A stretch of DNA of 32,000 nucleotides, taken from Candidatus Jordarchaeales archaeon. Lineage in GTDB: Archaea > Asgardarchaeota > Jordiarchaeia > Jordiarchaeales > Freyrarchaeaceae. Made by a program: the position numbers and the translations under genes. Of this stretch, positions 1 to 8,750 are shown in pieces. The stretch spans positions 524,499 to 556,498 of the forward strand of contig JAWAHN010000001.1 in NCBI GenBank assembly GCA_038889235.1, in the 5' to 3' direction. Under the pieces are notes generated by a model. That model was given only the letters and a program-made list of their open reading frames with translations, searched no databases and had not been told where the DNA came from. How positions within the stretch are numbered: the stretch's first letter is position 1; each line of letters begins with the position of its first letter.

Positions 1-2
1 TA

Positions 3-701
3 GCGGTTGTAACTTGGATCGGCGTGTTCTACTTAATCCCCTTGCTTTTACCCATATCCGTGACAGCACCTTTCCTTTTGTTCCTCGGGGGGATTACTGT
101 AGCTCAAGCTTTCATGGAAACCTATGAGTACAACGGTGGAAACTTGGAAACCGTCTGGGGGGACTTTTTGGCGGTGTGCTTGGCCGTTGTTCCACAGATC
201 TTCTTATGGACGGCCAGCGTGCTGACAGTTAACTTCAGCTTCTTGTTGACAGGTGAAGCTATGAGCGCTGCTCTGTCACCATACAGGTTGCTGAACGAAG
301 TATTCTATTTCACCTGCCAGCTCGACGGGTTAATAGTCAGGGTTCCTTATGCCAAGCTTCTCGGAGTGTACGGTTACAGTGTAAACCCGACTTTTAGCTA
401 CGCGTCGCTCGCTTTAGGTTGGTCCGGCGTGTTATTCTTCGGGTTAAATGCAAGCCTAGTGGGACTCGTTTGGGGAAGCATATTTTCAGACGTGAATCAT
501 AGAAAGACTAAGCGCGCCGCCGCGATAGCGACCGCCGCCGCAGTCCTATCGGTAGCGGGGGTCATGCACTCGTTCTCTGTCCCCTTGAACAGCTTAGAGG
601 TGCTCTCCGCCATTCCATGGGGGCTGTTTTACCTCGCAATGGCTGTGTTAATTCTCTTGATCGGCCGGCGTCAGGTCGGACACGCCGCCCCTAAGGCCTG
701 A
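3..701 (+). CDS. Multi-pass membrane protein of unknown function, 5'-truncated by the window edge
   Basis: ORF track 24..701. The frame stays open back to position 3. Several hydrophobic helices, no family motif recognised. Confidence 0.6.
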   Translation, partial: AVVTWIGVFYLIPLLLPISVTAPFLLFLGGITVAQAFMETYEYNGGNLETVWGDFLAVCLAVVPQIFLWTASVLTVNFSFLLTGEAMSAALSPYRLLNEVFYFTCQLDGLIVRVPYAKLLGVYGYSVNPTFSYASLALGWSGVLFFGLNASLVGLVWGSIFSDVNHRKTKRAAAIATAAAVLSVAGVMHSFSVPLNSLEVLSAIPWGLFYLAMAVLILLIGRRQVGHAAPKA

Positions 702-1565
702 CAACGTGCACACTCCACCGTTTTTCCCATTCATGACTATGGTTGCCAACGGGTAAACCTCGCTTAGGGCGGCTTCCAGGGTTATGGAATTTATGGGAGT
801 CATTTTAAGTGAAGGTGAGACTAATCCAGAGGCGATGAGGATTTTGAGCGCGTCTTTCAGTCTAAGGTCTGAGGTTCCGTTGTAGTAAACCTTGGATGGG
901 TTTCTGAGCAAGTATAGGGCGGCGTCTTGTAACCTCCTTCTTCTCAGTTCTAAGAGGGCGGCGCTGCAGTTTTTCGGAGGGGGCGGGGCAGTCCATACCA
1001 GTGTTTCTTTTCCAACCCCTTGGAGGTACACTATGCGGTTGTCGTAGAGCTTTTTCAGCACCTTTCTCGGGTTCGGCATCACTCTGCATGAAACTTTGAG
1101 AACTAGGTTGGCGTCGATTCCAGGTGGCATGTGTAGGATTAAGTTATAAAGTGTTCTTGCCTCCCTCCAGTCGTCGTGTTCTCCTTTAAGCAGGTTGCTG
1201 TTCGTGGCTGTGACGAAGAGCTTTCCGTCTGAGACTACGAGACCGCCGGCCATTTCTAGGAAAGCCTTAGTTATCTTTTCGGCTTCCCCGTCAGGGATTC
1301 CGGTAACTTCTTTAACGAGCCTCGGTAGCTCGGCTGGAACTTGAAGCACTCTGAGAAGCCTAGCTGTAAGGGCGCTCATCTTTCCAGTATGGAATACGTC
1401 TATGTGCCTCCTGGTCTCGTATGCGGGTAGCAAGGGGATGCCGCAGCCGAACTTTTTATTCAGCGATTCGAGAAAGACCTTTCGCACGGGTTCAGCGAAA
1501 GGAGCGTTGAGCGAGGCTGAGAATGCCATGGCGTCTCTGCAAGCCCTTGTAGGGTTGACGAGCAA
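648..1565 (-). CDS. Hypothetical protein (305 aa), possibly with winged-helix segments, directly downstream of nurA
   Basis: Long ORF starting 4 nt after the nurA stop, behind a GAGGGGGG RBS. No family recognised. Confidence 0.6.
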   Translation of the reverse strand: MLVNPTRACRDAMAFSASLNAPFAEPVRKVFLESLNKKFGCGIPLLPAYETRRHIDVFHTGKMSALTARLLRVLQVPAELPRLVKEVTGIPDGEAEKITKAFLEMAGGLVVSDGKLFVTATNSNLLKGEHDDWREARTLYNLILHMPPGIDANLVLKVSCRVMPNPRKVLKKLYDNRIVYLQGVGKETLVWTAPPPPKNCSAALLELRRRRLQDAALYLLRNPSKVYYNGTSDLRLKDALKILIASGLVSPSLKMTPINSITLEAALSEVYPLATIVMNGKNGGVCTLSGLRGGVSDLTPADQEN

Positions 1566-1568
1566 ATG

Positions 1569-2762
1569 TTAGACCCCCCTCCCCCTCTTTCCCCAAACGC
1601 TCTCCAATCCGTGTTTTGGTTTAAACATCCTGTAGAAAACGTTTGCCTCAACTCCTTCCTTTTTAGCCATTTTAACTATCCTAGCGAAGAACTCGTCTGT
1701 TAGGAAGTCGAGTAGGGTGTCTTCCACGAGGCTGAAAGCGTGTGCGAACTCTAAGGGCCAAGGAACGTTGTTCATGTTACTTGCCTGGTAGTAGAGAGCA
1801 GAGCAGAGGTATTCAAAGAGTCTCTCGTCCTCGACGACGCTGCGGTGGACTTCAACCCTTATAGGCATGGCGTCGTGGGGCTTGAAGTAGAAGAAGCGCA
1901 TGTCCGATATGAAGCCGGCATAGTTCTTGCCGAAAACCTTCCTCTTCGCCAGCTCCCCCCAGAGCTTGCTCTTCCTGGGAGCTGTGATAACCAACTTTCT
2001 TCCACCTTTCTTGCTACATGCGGGCAGTATTGGGTCAAGGAGAGCGACATCGCTCACCCTACCATACAGTCCTATGGAGCTTGGGAGCTGAGAGGAGCTG
2101 GAGACCAACTCGACCGAGCGGGGGGATTTCACCACGCACGCGTGGAGGCGTTCTACAAGTAGCTCTGTCAGCCTGTCAGCTATCCCGCCGTCACCGTAAA
2201 TCCTTCTGAAAACTCGCTCATACTCTTCCCGTACAGCCCTTGATACTTCGTACTCGCGCGAAACAACTCTGTAAGGTGGTAAAAGGTCGTGGTGTGGGAG
2301 TATTGGGCCGTCGAGGAGTATCAAGTCGCAGTTGTGAGAGAGAAGTGCCTCAACGGCTGCCGTTCTCTCGAGATACTGGCGGGAAATTGCTTCGACGCGA
2401 TCCAAGTCTTCGTCAACGAGACCAATTGTGGGAATACACTTAGCGATGACGCGTGGAGCGTAAACTAGGGGGTTGTCACATTTGAAGAAGACCGAGACGG
2501 CTGAAACAACTATGAAAGAAAGGCCAGCCCGCTCACTCCTGTTGGACGAACCGTCGACTCCGACAGTTAGGACGTCTCTAGCTGCAGGGTTAACACTCAA
2601 CTCGACGAGCTCCAGGTTTCCTTCGAAGCACTCGAGTTGCTTCACCATAGAAATGTAGGTCTTATAGAAGCGTTCAGCCTCGTCTCCGAGAATTTTAAGA
2701 GCCTCGTAAAAGAGCTGCCCCCTCTGCAGTTCCCTTTCTTCAAGTATCTTAAGAAGGTTCAA
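1569..2762 (-). CDS. nurA: NurA-family nuclease
   Basis: GVDGS and LLDGP acidic motifs, and C-terminal PWPLEFAH (the family's P-x-PL-x-x-AH motif). Probable TTG start at 2762 overlapping the herA stop. Confidence 0.85.
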   Translation of the reverse strand: MNLLKILEERELQRGQLFYEALKILGDEAERFYKTYISMVKQLECFEGNLELVELSVNPAARDVLTVGVDGSSNRSERAGLSFIVVSAVSVFFKCDNPLVYAPRVIAKCIPTIGLVDEDLDRVEAISRQYLERTAAVEALLSHNCDLILLDGPILPHHDLLPPYRVVSREYEVSRAVREEYERVFRRIYGDGGIADRLTELLVERLHACVVKSPRSVELVSSSSQLPSSIGLYGRVSDVALLDPILPACSKKGGRKLVITAPRKSKLWGELAKRKVFGKNYAGFISDMRFFYFKPHDAMPIRVEVHRSVVEDERLFEYLCSALYYQASNMNNVPWPLEFAHAFSLVEDTLLDFLTDEFFARIVKMAKKEGVEANVFYRMFKPKHGLESVWGKRGRGV

Positions 2763-4404
2763 GCCGCGCCACCCCCTCCGCAAACTCCTCATGAAGCTCG
2801 AAGACAGTCTTGTGGCCGTAACCAAGCCGGATGTCGCCTTTATCTATGGCGACGCATATAGGCTCCCTTATGGGAGTAGCCATTCCAGCCACCAGAAACT
2901 CTCCCACCCCGAGCCTTGGCAGAATGCTTTTTATCTCTGGGAAGTCAGTGTAACTCTCTATCGCGCTCATGTCGCTTGCAGCAGTAAGGCAGCCGCAGAA
3001 CAGAGTGTTTAGGTTGGAGAAAACGGCCTTAGATATCCTAGATATCCGCTGGTTAATGACTGTAAGGTTGGCTCCAAACTTCCTCCCCTCCTCAGAGAGA
3101 CTCGTGATCTTCCCAAGGCAGAGGAAAGGCTTGCCGACCACGACCTGCGAATACGCTCCGCCAGTTTCCGGGATGTAGTTCTTGGCCTCATCTATCACTA
3201 GGTGTATTGGAAGACGCTTTCTAAGTATCAAGTCAGCGATGGTTCCCAGCTTCGCCTGCCTCGCCTCTAGCGAATCCTGAGAGGCGTCAATTACAAGCAC
3301 CCTGTTAGCTGCAAGCTTCCAGACCTTCGAGTAATCGTTGATACTGCTTCCGTTGAAAAAGCTTGAGCCGAGCATTTTAACTCGCTTCTCTATAGCAACA
3401 CTCCAGGTCCTAGTCGACTGGTCCTTGCTGTAAAACTCCTTAAGCCACTCATTAACGTAATTCATGAAGACGCGCGCGTCAAGCTCGACCTCGCCCCCCA
3501 AAAAGTCCATTACAAAAAGATCCGCAGCCACCTCGACGGCTTTACGAGCCTGAGAGGGGAGCACGTCAAGCATCAAAAGTTTAACTAAGTCGCTTGCATC
3601 AGTGGGGATAACTGGTAGTTCCGAGCTTTGAAGCACCTCAAACCTGCTACAGAGCTCACCAAGATTGCTGGTAGCATACTCCCCCGTGTGATCCCAGACT
3701 ATAACGTTAATCTTCTTCGACAGGGAAGACAAGCCGACGAGGAAGCAAGCGGCAGTCACACTCTTCCCCATACCTATGCGGGCAAATATGCCGACGCCAA
3801 GCCTCAAAATCGCGGAGGCGTCAACTTCCACAGGATAATCCGCCTCCCTGATCTTACCTATAGCGAAGTACTCGTCCTCCCTTGCGGGGTCCTTGAACAG
3901 CAGACGGTAGTCCTCCTTATTGGCAACGTACACAGGAGAGCACGGCTTCGGAGGATAAGCGATGCTCGTAACACCTGGACCAGCGGGCTTGCCGTAAATC
4001 CGCAACTCACCATACTTGAGGTTTTGCTCAAGATGGGGAATCTCGCCGTAAATACTGGAGAAGTAGTTTAAAACGTCCGTTGTGGCGCCTCGAGTGGCAG
4101 CGTTGAGACTGGTCACCAAACCTATTATTTTAGCTCCCCCATGCTTAACCGTTAAAAGTTGCCCCTCGTAAACATAATCGTCAGCGTAATCAAACACGGC
4201 AAAATTGCAAAGCTTGGTGCTCGTCGGACTCACTATGAACCCGACGGGAGCCTCACCCTTAAGTATCTGGTCCTTGGACCTCATGTAGTCGTACTCGTCA
4301 ACCTGGCAACTCATGAAGGCACGCAGCAACACCGGATCGAAATTATTTTCCAGAGACACACCACCAACCCCAAAAGTCAATATGTAACCGTTCACTAGAA
4401 CCAT
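2749..4404 (-). CDS. herA: HerA-family helicase/ATPase
   Basis: N-terminal HAS-barrel-like region, Walker A variant ARIGMGKS, Walker B VIDEA, EGRKFG and NQR motifs. Confidence 0.85.
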   Translation of the reverse strand: MVLVNGYILTFGVGGVSLENNFDPVLLRAFMSCQVDEYDYMRSKDQILKGEAPVGFIVSPTSTKLCNFAVFDYADDYVYEGQLLTVKHGGAKIIGLVTSLNAATRGATTDVLNYFSSIYGEIPHLEQNLKYGELRIYGKPAGPGVTSIAYPPKPCSPVYVANKEDYRLLFKDPAREDEYFAIGKIREADYPVEVDASAILRLGVGIFARIGMGKSVTAACFLVGLSSLSKKINVIVWDHTGEYATSNLGELCSRFEVLQSSELPVIPTDASDLVKLLMLDVLPSQARKAVEVAADLFVMDFLGGEVELDARVFMNYVNEWLKEFYSKDQSTRTWSVAIEKRVKMLGSSFFNGSSINDYSKVWKLAANRVLVIDASQDSLEARQAKLGTIADLILRKRLPIHLVIDEAKNYIPETGGAYSQVVVGKPFLCLGKITSLSEEGRKFGANLTVINQRISRISKAVFSNLNTLFCGCLTAASDMSAIESYTDFPEIKSILPRLGVGEFLVAGMATPIREPICVAIDKGDIRLGYGHKTVFELHEEFAEGVARLEPS

Positions 4405-4727
4405 GCATTAAATAAATTTTTCATCAATGGAAGTTTATCCTATCATGATATATAAATTTTTTCCAATCTTTGTGATAGTACTGTCTTAAAAAACATAATT
4501 CTTTCTTCAATTAAGCATGTGGCAGGAAAGTATTTCTTGAAATGGGCTTTGCACAGCGTGATGAAGGCTGACGCTTACGGCTTCATGTCCCCTATCGTAG
4601 GTTATATATGATGATGCTATTTTTGTGGTAGGAGTCGCAGAGTTTAGAGAAAAACTTATAAGGTTTTTTATTTATTAGTTCTATCAAAAAATAACTTCCA
4701 GCATTGTTTCTTCATGTTGAAAGAATA

Positions 4728-5021
4728 ATGGAAGTGAGTGGCTGGTTGGAGGAGGCGTTAAGGGTTCTTATGGATTTGGATAAGGCTAAGACTAGGTTGG
4801 AGGTTTTGAACGCTATAATGGATTATGGCCCGGTGTCTCCGTCGGAGCTTGCTGAAAGGCTTGGTTTGTCCCAGAATGCAGTTAACATAGCTCTCCACTA
4901 CTTGTCTAAGAGTGGTGTTGTGAAGAAGGTTGAGAGGGGGCTTTACGAGGTGAATCACGCTGTTTTCTATAAGGCTTTCCTGGCGCTGGTTTTCAAGTTA
5001 AAGGATGTTGTTGGGAGGTGA
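4728..5021 (+). CDS. Winged-helix DNA-binding protein, paralogue 1 of 5
   Basis: SPSELAERLGLSQNAVNIALHYLSKSGVVKKVERGLY wHTH pattern. ATG at 4728. Confidence 0.8.
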   Translation: MEVSGWLEEALRVLMDLDKAKTRLEVLNAIMDYGPVSPSELAERLGLSQNAVNIALHYLSKSGVVKKVERGLYEVNHAVFYKAFLALVFKLKDVVGR

Positions 5022-5025
5022 AGGC

Positions 5026-5298
5026 GTGAACAGGCTTTGTGATAACGCTTTGCGGCTTCGTGGGGGTAGCCTTAAGGTTTTGTCTCTTCTCTCAATTTCA
5101 GCGAAGCCTCTTAGGCCCAGTGAGATAGCTGAGATTTTGAACATGCCTTTGAAGGATGTTGGTAAGTACCTTGTCCGGCTTTCTGAGAAGGGGTTGGTTT
5201 CAAAGGTTGAGGTGAATGGTACCCCTGGTTATGTGTCTAACTTGGACTTGTTAGAGATAGTGTTGGACCACGAGAGGCGTTTAAGGAGCCTTGAGTGA
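5026..5298 (+). CDS. Winged-helix DNA-binding protein, paralogue 2 of 5
   Basis: RPSEIAEILNMPLKDVGKYLVRLSEKGLV. GTG start at 5026 after GGAGGTGA. Confidence 0.8.
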   Translation: MNRLCDNALRLRGGSLKVLSLLSISAKPLRPSEIAEILNMPLKDVGKYLVRLSEKGLVSKVEVNGTPGYVSNLDLLEIVLDHERRLRSLE

Positions 5299-5312
5299 GC
5301 TGAGGGCTTGCC

Positions 5313-5618
5313 TTGAAGGTTGAAGATTTGGAGGAGGCATTCAGGCATATTTTGGGGATGAAGGAGAGCACGCTGCGTGTCTTAACCTATATTTTAGTGA
5401 AGGGGGAGAGAGTTACTCCTAAGGAGATTGTTGAGGAGACTGGGTTGAGCCAGAACAGTGTTTGGAAGGCTGTTAGGCGGCTTGAGGCTTTAGGGGTTAT
5501 AAGGTCTGTTGAGAGGGGGAGCTATGAGGCTAATCATGGATTTATATTGGCTTTACTGCTATTTGAGCTCCAGAAGGTAGCGAGGATGCTTGGAGAGGTG
5601 GGCGTTGAGCGAGACTGA
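5313..5618 (+). CDS. Winged-helix DNA-binding protein, paralogue 3 of 5
   Basis: TPKEIVEETGLSQNSVWKAVRRLEALGVIRSVERGSY. Confidence 0.8.
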   Translation: MKVEDLEEAFRHILGMKESTLRVLTYILVKGERVTPKEIVEETGLSQNSVWKAVRRLEALGVIRSVERGSYEANHGFILALLLFELQKVARMLGEVGVERD

Positions 5619-5904
5619 GGGTGATGCAAGGGCGGGGTTTGCAAAATTTTTAAAGCTGGGAGAAGCCTCCATGAAGATAGTGGAGTATGTGTTGCGCTCT
5701 CCAAACCCTGTGACGCCGAAGGAGCTTGTCGAAAAGTTGGGGCTGAGTGAGGGGACTGTGTGGAACGCGCTTAGCAGGCTCAGTAAAACTGGGTTTTTAG
5801 TGTCTACGGGAAGAGGGGAGTATAAGGCAAACTACGGATACATACTTGCTATGGTGCTCTTCGCTTTAGTTGAACTATACGAGAAGAGGGGGAAGGAGAG
5901 ATGA
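5605..5904 (+). CDS. Winged-helix DNA-binding protein, paralogue 4 of 5
   Basis: TPKELVEKLGLSEGTVWNALSRLSKTGFLVSTGRGEY. TTG start at 5605 after GAGGTG. Confidence 0.8.
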   Translation: MSETEGDARAGFAKFLKLGEASMKIVEYVLRSPNPVTPKELVEKLGLSEGTVWNALSRLSKTGFLVSTGRGEYKANYGYILAMVLFALVELYEKRGKER

Positions 5905-5937
5905 GCGGGAAGGAGAGAGAAGGAGAGATGAGCGGGA
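5892..5937 (+). repeat. 19-nt direct repeat GAAGGAGAGATGAGCGGGA (5892-5910, 5919-5937) duplicating RBS and start codon in frame
   Basis: Read directly. Period of 27 nt gives two in-frame ATGs (5901, 5928). Confidence 0.8.
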
Positions 5938-6272
5938 GCGTGGAGAAGCAGGCGCCTGAGAAAGTGAACCCTAGGGCTGTGATAGCAGCGCTTATGGGGT
6001 TCAGGGAGAGAGGTTCATCAGTCTTATCATACCTGCTGAGGAAGCAGGAGGGAAAACCTGTCCCCCCATCAGAAATACAAAAGGCGCTTAATATCTCCCC
6101 GTCAAACTTGTCTCACTCTGGTAGGAGCCTCGAGAAGCTTGGACTTATTTCGAGGGGGCCCGACGGCTATACCCCGAAAATAGGAGTGATCATAGACGTG
6201 CTTCTTTCCGTAGTAACAGATCTTGTGAGAAGAGTTGAGGAGCTGGAGAGGGCTGTTGAAGAAAAAAGGTGA
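5901..6272 (+). CDS. Winged-helix DNA-binding protein, paralogue 5 of 5, with C-terminal coiled coil
   Basis: PPSEIQKALNISPSNLSHSGRSLEKLGLI, and tail DLVRRVEELERAVEEKR. Confidence 0.8.
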   Translation: MSGKEREGEMSGSVEKQAPEKVNPRAVIAALMGFRERGSSVLSYLLRKQEGKPVPPSEIQKALNISPSNLSHSGRSLEKLGLISRGPDGYTPKIGVIIDVLLSVVTDLVRRVEELERAVEEKR

Positions 6273-6331
6273 AGTGATATTCGCAATGGGACGTTATTGT
6301 GATCCGCTCGGACGCTATGAACATGGGGGAA

Positions 6332-7267
6332 CTAGCTGCTTCTCTTCACTTTTTTGACGTACCTTGACGCGCTTATGGCAGCCATGGCTCCTTCTCCCGC
6401 CGCTGTTACAACCTGCATTCCGCCGCATGTGCAGTCGCCGGCCGCGAAGACACCTTCAACGTTTGTCCTCTGCATTCGGTCTACTTTTATACAGCCTTTT
6501 TCGTCGACCTCCACGCCGGCCTTTCTTACTAGCTCGCTCGTCGGAACACCTCCGAGCGATATGAAAACTCCGTCGATGGGTATGGCGTCCTCTCTGCCGT
6601 CCTTGTACGCCACTTTAACGTGTTCCACCACGTCTCTCCCGGTTATTTCGGTGGCTCGGGCTTCGACCACTTTTACGCCTTTCTCTCTGATTTTCCGCAG
6701 TAGGTCCTCGGCGGCTTCGAGGGGCGCGCCATGCGTGACTAAAACTACTTCGCTTGCCAGGTCTGACAGGAAGAGGGCGTCAACTGCTGCTTCGTCACTG
6801 GAGCCTACGACTACAACTCTCAGCCCCTTGAAAAATGCTCCATCGCACACGGGACAGTAGCTTACACCTCTCCCCAAGAACTCCGATTCCCCAGGTATTC
6901 TTAGCTTACGCCTCTGTGTTCCGGTAGCGATTATAACGCTTAGAGACGAATAGCTGCCCTTCCTTGTTGTTACTTTTTTGAGCGGCGTCTTCAGCTCTAA
7001 GTCGATTGCCTCCTCGAATGTCCGTATCTCTGCGCCGAACTTAGAGCATTGCTTAACCATTCTCTCTACGAGCTCAAGGCCAGCTATGCCGTCGGGGAAA
7101 CCTGGAAAGTTCTCTATGAATGGGGCTTCCCCTGCCCTCCCACCCGGAATCCCGCTCTCCAGGATAACGGTTTTCAAGCCGAGCCTAGAAGCGTATATCC
7201 CAGCTGTTAATCCTGCTGGACCAGCACCCAGTATGACTAAATCGTATACTTGTTCCCCTTCACCCAT
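6332..7267 (-). CDS. trxB: Thioredoxin reductase (FAD/NAD(P)H)
   Basis: GAGPAGLTA FAD motif, GRGVSYCPVCDG redox CxxC, GVFAAGD. Confidence 0.92.
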   Translation of the reverse strand: MGEGEQVYDLVILGAGPAGLTAGIYASRLGLKTVILESGIPGGRAGEAPFIENFPGFPDGIAGLELVERMVKQCSKFGAEIRTFEEAIDLELKTPLKKVTTRKGSYSSLSVIIATGTQRRKLRIPGESEFLGRGVSYCPVCDGAFFKGLRVVVVGSSDEAAVDALFLSDLASEVVLVTHGAPLEAAEDLLRKIREKGVKVVEARATEITGRDVVEHVKVAYKDGREDAIPIDGVFISLGGVPTSELVRKAGVEVDEKGCIKVDRMQRTNVEGVFAAGDCTCGGMQVVTAAGEGAMAAISASRYVKKVKRSS

Positions 7268-7553
7268 GTAGTACCACCAAGAGCTTTAGTTTTCTCATAT
7301 CGAATAGTTAAGGTTGAAGTTCAATTTAGGTTTTGTCGCATAAACCGCCGCTGCGGCCTTCACACTAGTTACTGCTCGTTGGTTGTTTTTGGTGAACGTT
7401 GGATGGTGGGTGAAAAGTTGTCGGGAGTCGCGGTCGATGGGCTTTAAGGGTGAGCGGGGCTTGGTTTGTTGTGTTTTGAAAAATCAAGAGGTAGTCGTCA
7501 TAATATGGAAATCGATAAACGTCTTTAAACCTTGTCTTCTCTTGGGGGTGTTA

Positions 7554-8351
7554 ATGCTTCAACCTAGTGTGAAGGTCAAGGTTAGGAGAGTTGACCTGCT
7601 TAAAGGAGAAGTGGAAGTCGTCGAGGACTGTGTGTCTGTGGAGACTGTCGTAATGCTCTACGTTAACGGGGAGCGTGCGGCCACCTTTCTTTCTCTTCCA
7701 TCGCAGTTGGAGGAGCTTTGCATTGGATGGCTTCTAACACAGTCGATAATAGATTCAGTTAACGATATCGAGAGCGTGCAAGTCGAGAATGGGAAAGTGA
7801 AGGTTTATTGTAGCAAAGACGTTGAAGCTCGCCTGAAAGCTTTAGATTCTATGGCTGCCCCGGCACGTGGCTTCGAGACTCCCTTGAACGTCTACTTCGC
7901 AAACGGACTTGCTAAGCCCTTCGTTAGATCGAAGTATAAAGTTAAAGTGGAGGACATATTGTCGTTTGTGCGAGTTCTCGACGAGAAAGCACAGCTTTTC
8001 AAGCTTACAGGGGGCACCCACTCTGCTGCATTGTTCAGCGACGGGGAGCTGGTAGCTTTCGCCGAGGACATTGGGCGACATAACGCCGTCGACAAGGTGG
8101 TAGGTTTAGCGGCGATGAGGAGAGTGGACTTCTCTCGCTCGGTTTTAGTAAGTACGGGTAGGCAGCCAGCTAACATGGTTCTAAAAGCTGCGCGCGTCGG
8201 CATTCCAATAGTGGCTTCTATCTCTGCCCCCTTATACTCCGGGGTGGTTGCAGCTGAGGAAACCGGAGTAACATTAGTGTGCTTCGTTCGGGGGGCGCGA
8301 ATGAACGTCTACACGCATCCCGAAAGAGTGGCGGGGATACCCATTCGTTAG
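7554..8351 (+). CDS. fdhD: FdhD/NarQ family formate dehydrogenase accessory protein
   Basis: TGGTHSAAL, EDIGRHNAVDKVVG, STGR and SAP motifs. ATG at 7554 after GGGGGTG. Confidence 0.92.
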   Translation: MLQPSVKVKVRRVDLLKGEVEVVEDCVSVETVVMLYVNGERAATFLSLPSQLEELCIGWLLTQSIIDSVNDIESVQVENGKVKVYCSKDVEARLKALDSMAAPARGFETPLNVYFANGLAKPFVRSKYKVKVEDILSFVRVLDEKAQLFKLTGGTHSAALFSDGELVAFAEDIGRHNAVDKVVGLAAMRRVDFSRSVLVSTGRQPANMVLKAARVGIPIVASISAPLYSGVVAAEETGVTLVCFVRGARMNVYTHPERVAGIPIR

Positions 8352-8474
8352 GGGGCGTTCCTGGAAGCCCGTGATTTTCAGCTATGTTTCACGTTGACTC
8401 TGAAACACCCTTTCGCTGAAATTTTGTTGGTAGCTGGCGGCGGAAAGGCTAAGGCGGAGGAATGCCTTTAGGTT

Positions 8475-8750
8475 TCATCCGAGTATCTTCTTGAGAACTT
8501 CCTCGACTTCCTCCCTGCCTCTTGCTCCCTCGAACACTAAGCGGCCCGTCTTGTAGACCTTTAACACTTTCCCCTCATAGGACACATCAAACATTAGTCC
8601 TGACAGAGAGCGTAACACTTTGCCTCGCTCTACAATTTTCCTTATAGCCTCATCTTTCTTGGATTGCTTGAATGTGACTATGAAGTCTCTTCCCTCACCA
8701 CAGGCTTCCTCTATGCTGGCGACGTATTCCTCGAGTTTTACCGTTTTAAC
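8475..8750 (-). CDS. Small (~90 aa) hypothetical protein missing from the ORF track, with no canonical start codon
   Basis: Open frame KTVKLEEYVASIEEACGEGRDF...KVYKTGRLVFEGARGREEVEEVLKKILG* overlapping the sufS stop, preceded by GGAGGG. No ATG/GTG/TTG between the upstream in-frame TGA and mid-ORF. Confidence 0.6.
   Translation of the reverse strand, partial: VKTVKLEEYVASIEEACGEGRDFIVTFKQSKKDEAIRKIVERGKVLRSLSGLMFDVSYEGKVLKVYKTGRLVFEGARGREEVEEVLKKILG

Noticed and set aside
8355-8470. Nested hairpin (TTTCAGC/GCTGAAA, TGTTTCA/TGAAACA) between convergent fdhD and the sufS operon, considered as SECIS or ncRNA
   Set aside because: No upstream in-frame UGA gene and no SECIS core. Most simply a terminator-region structure.
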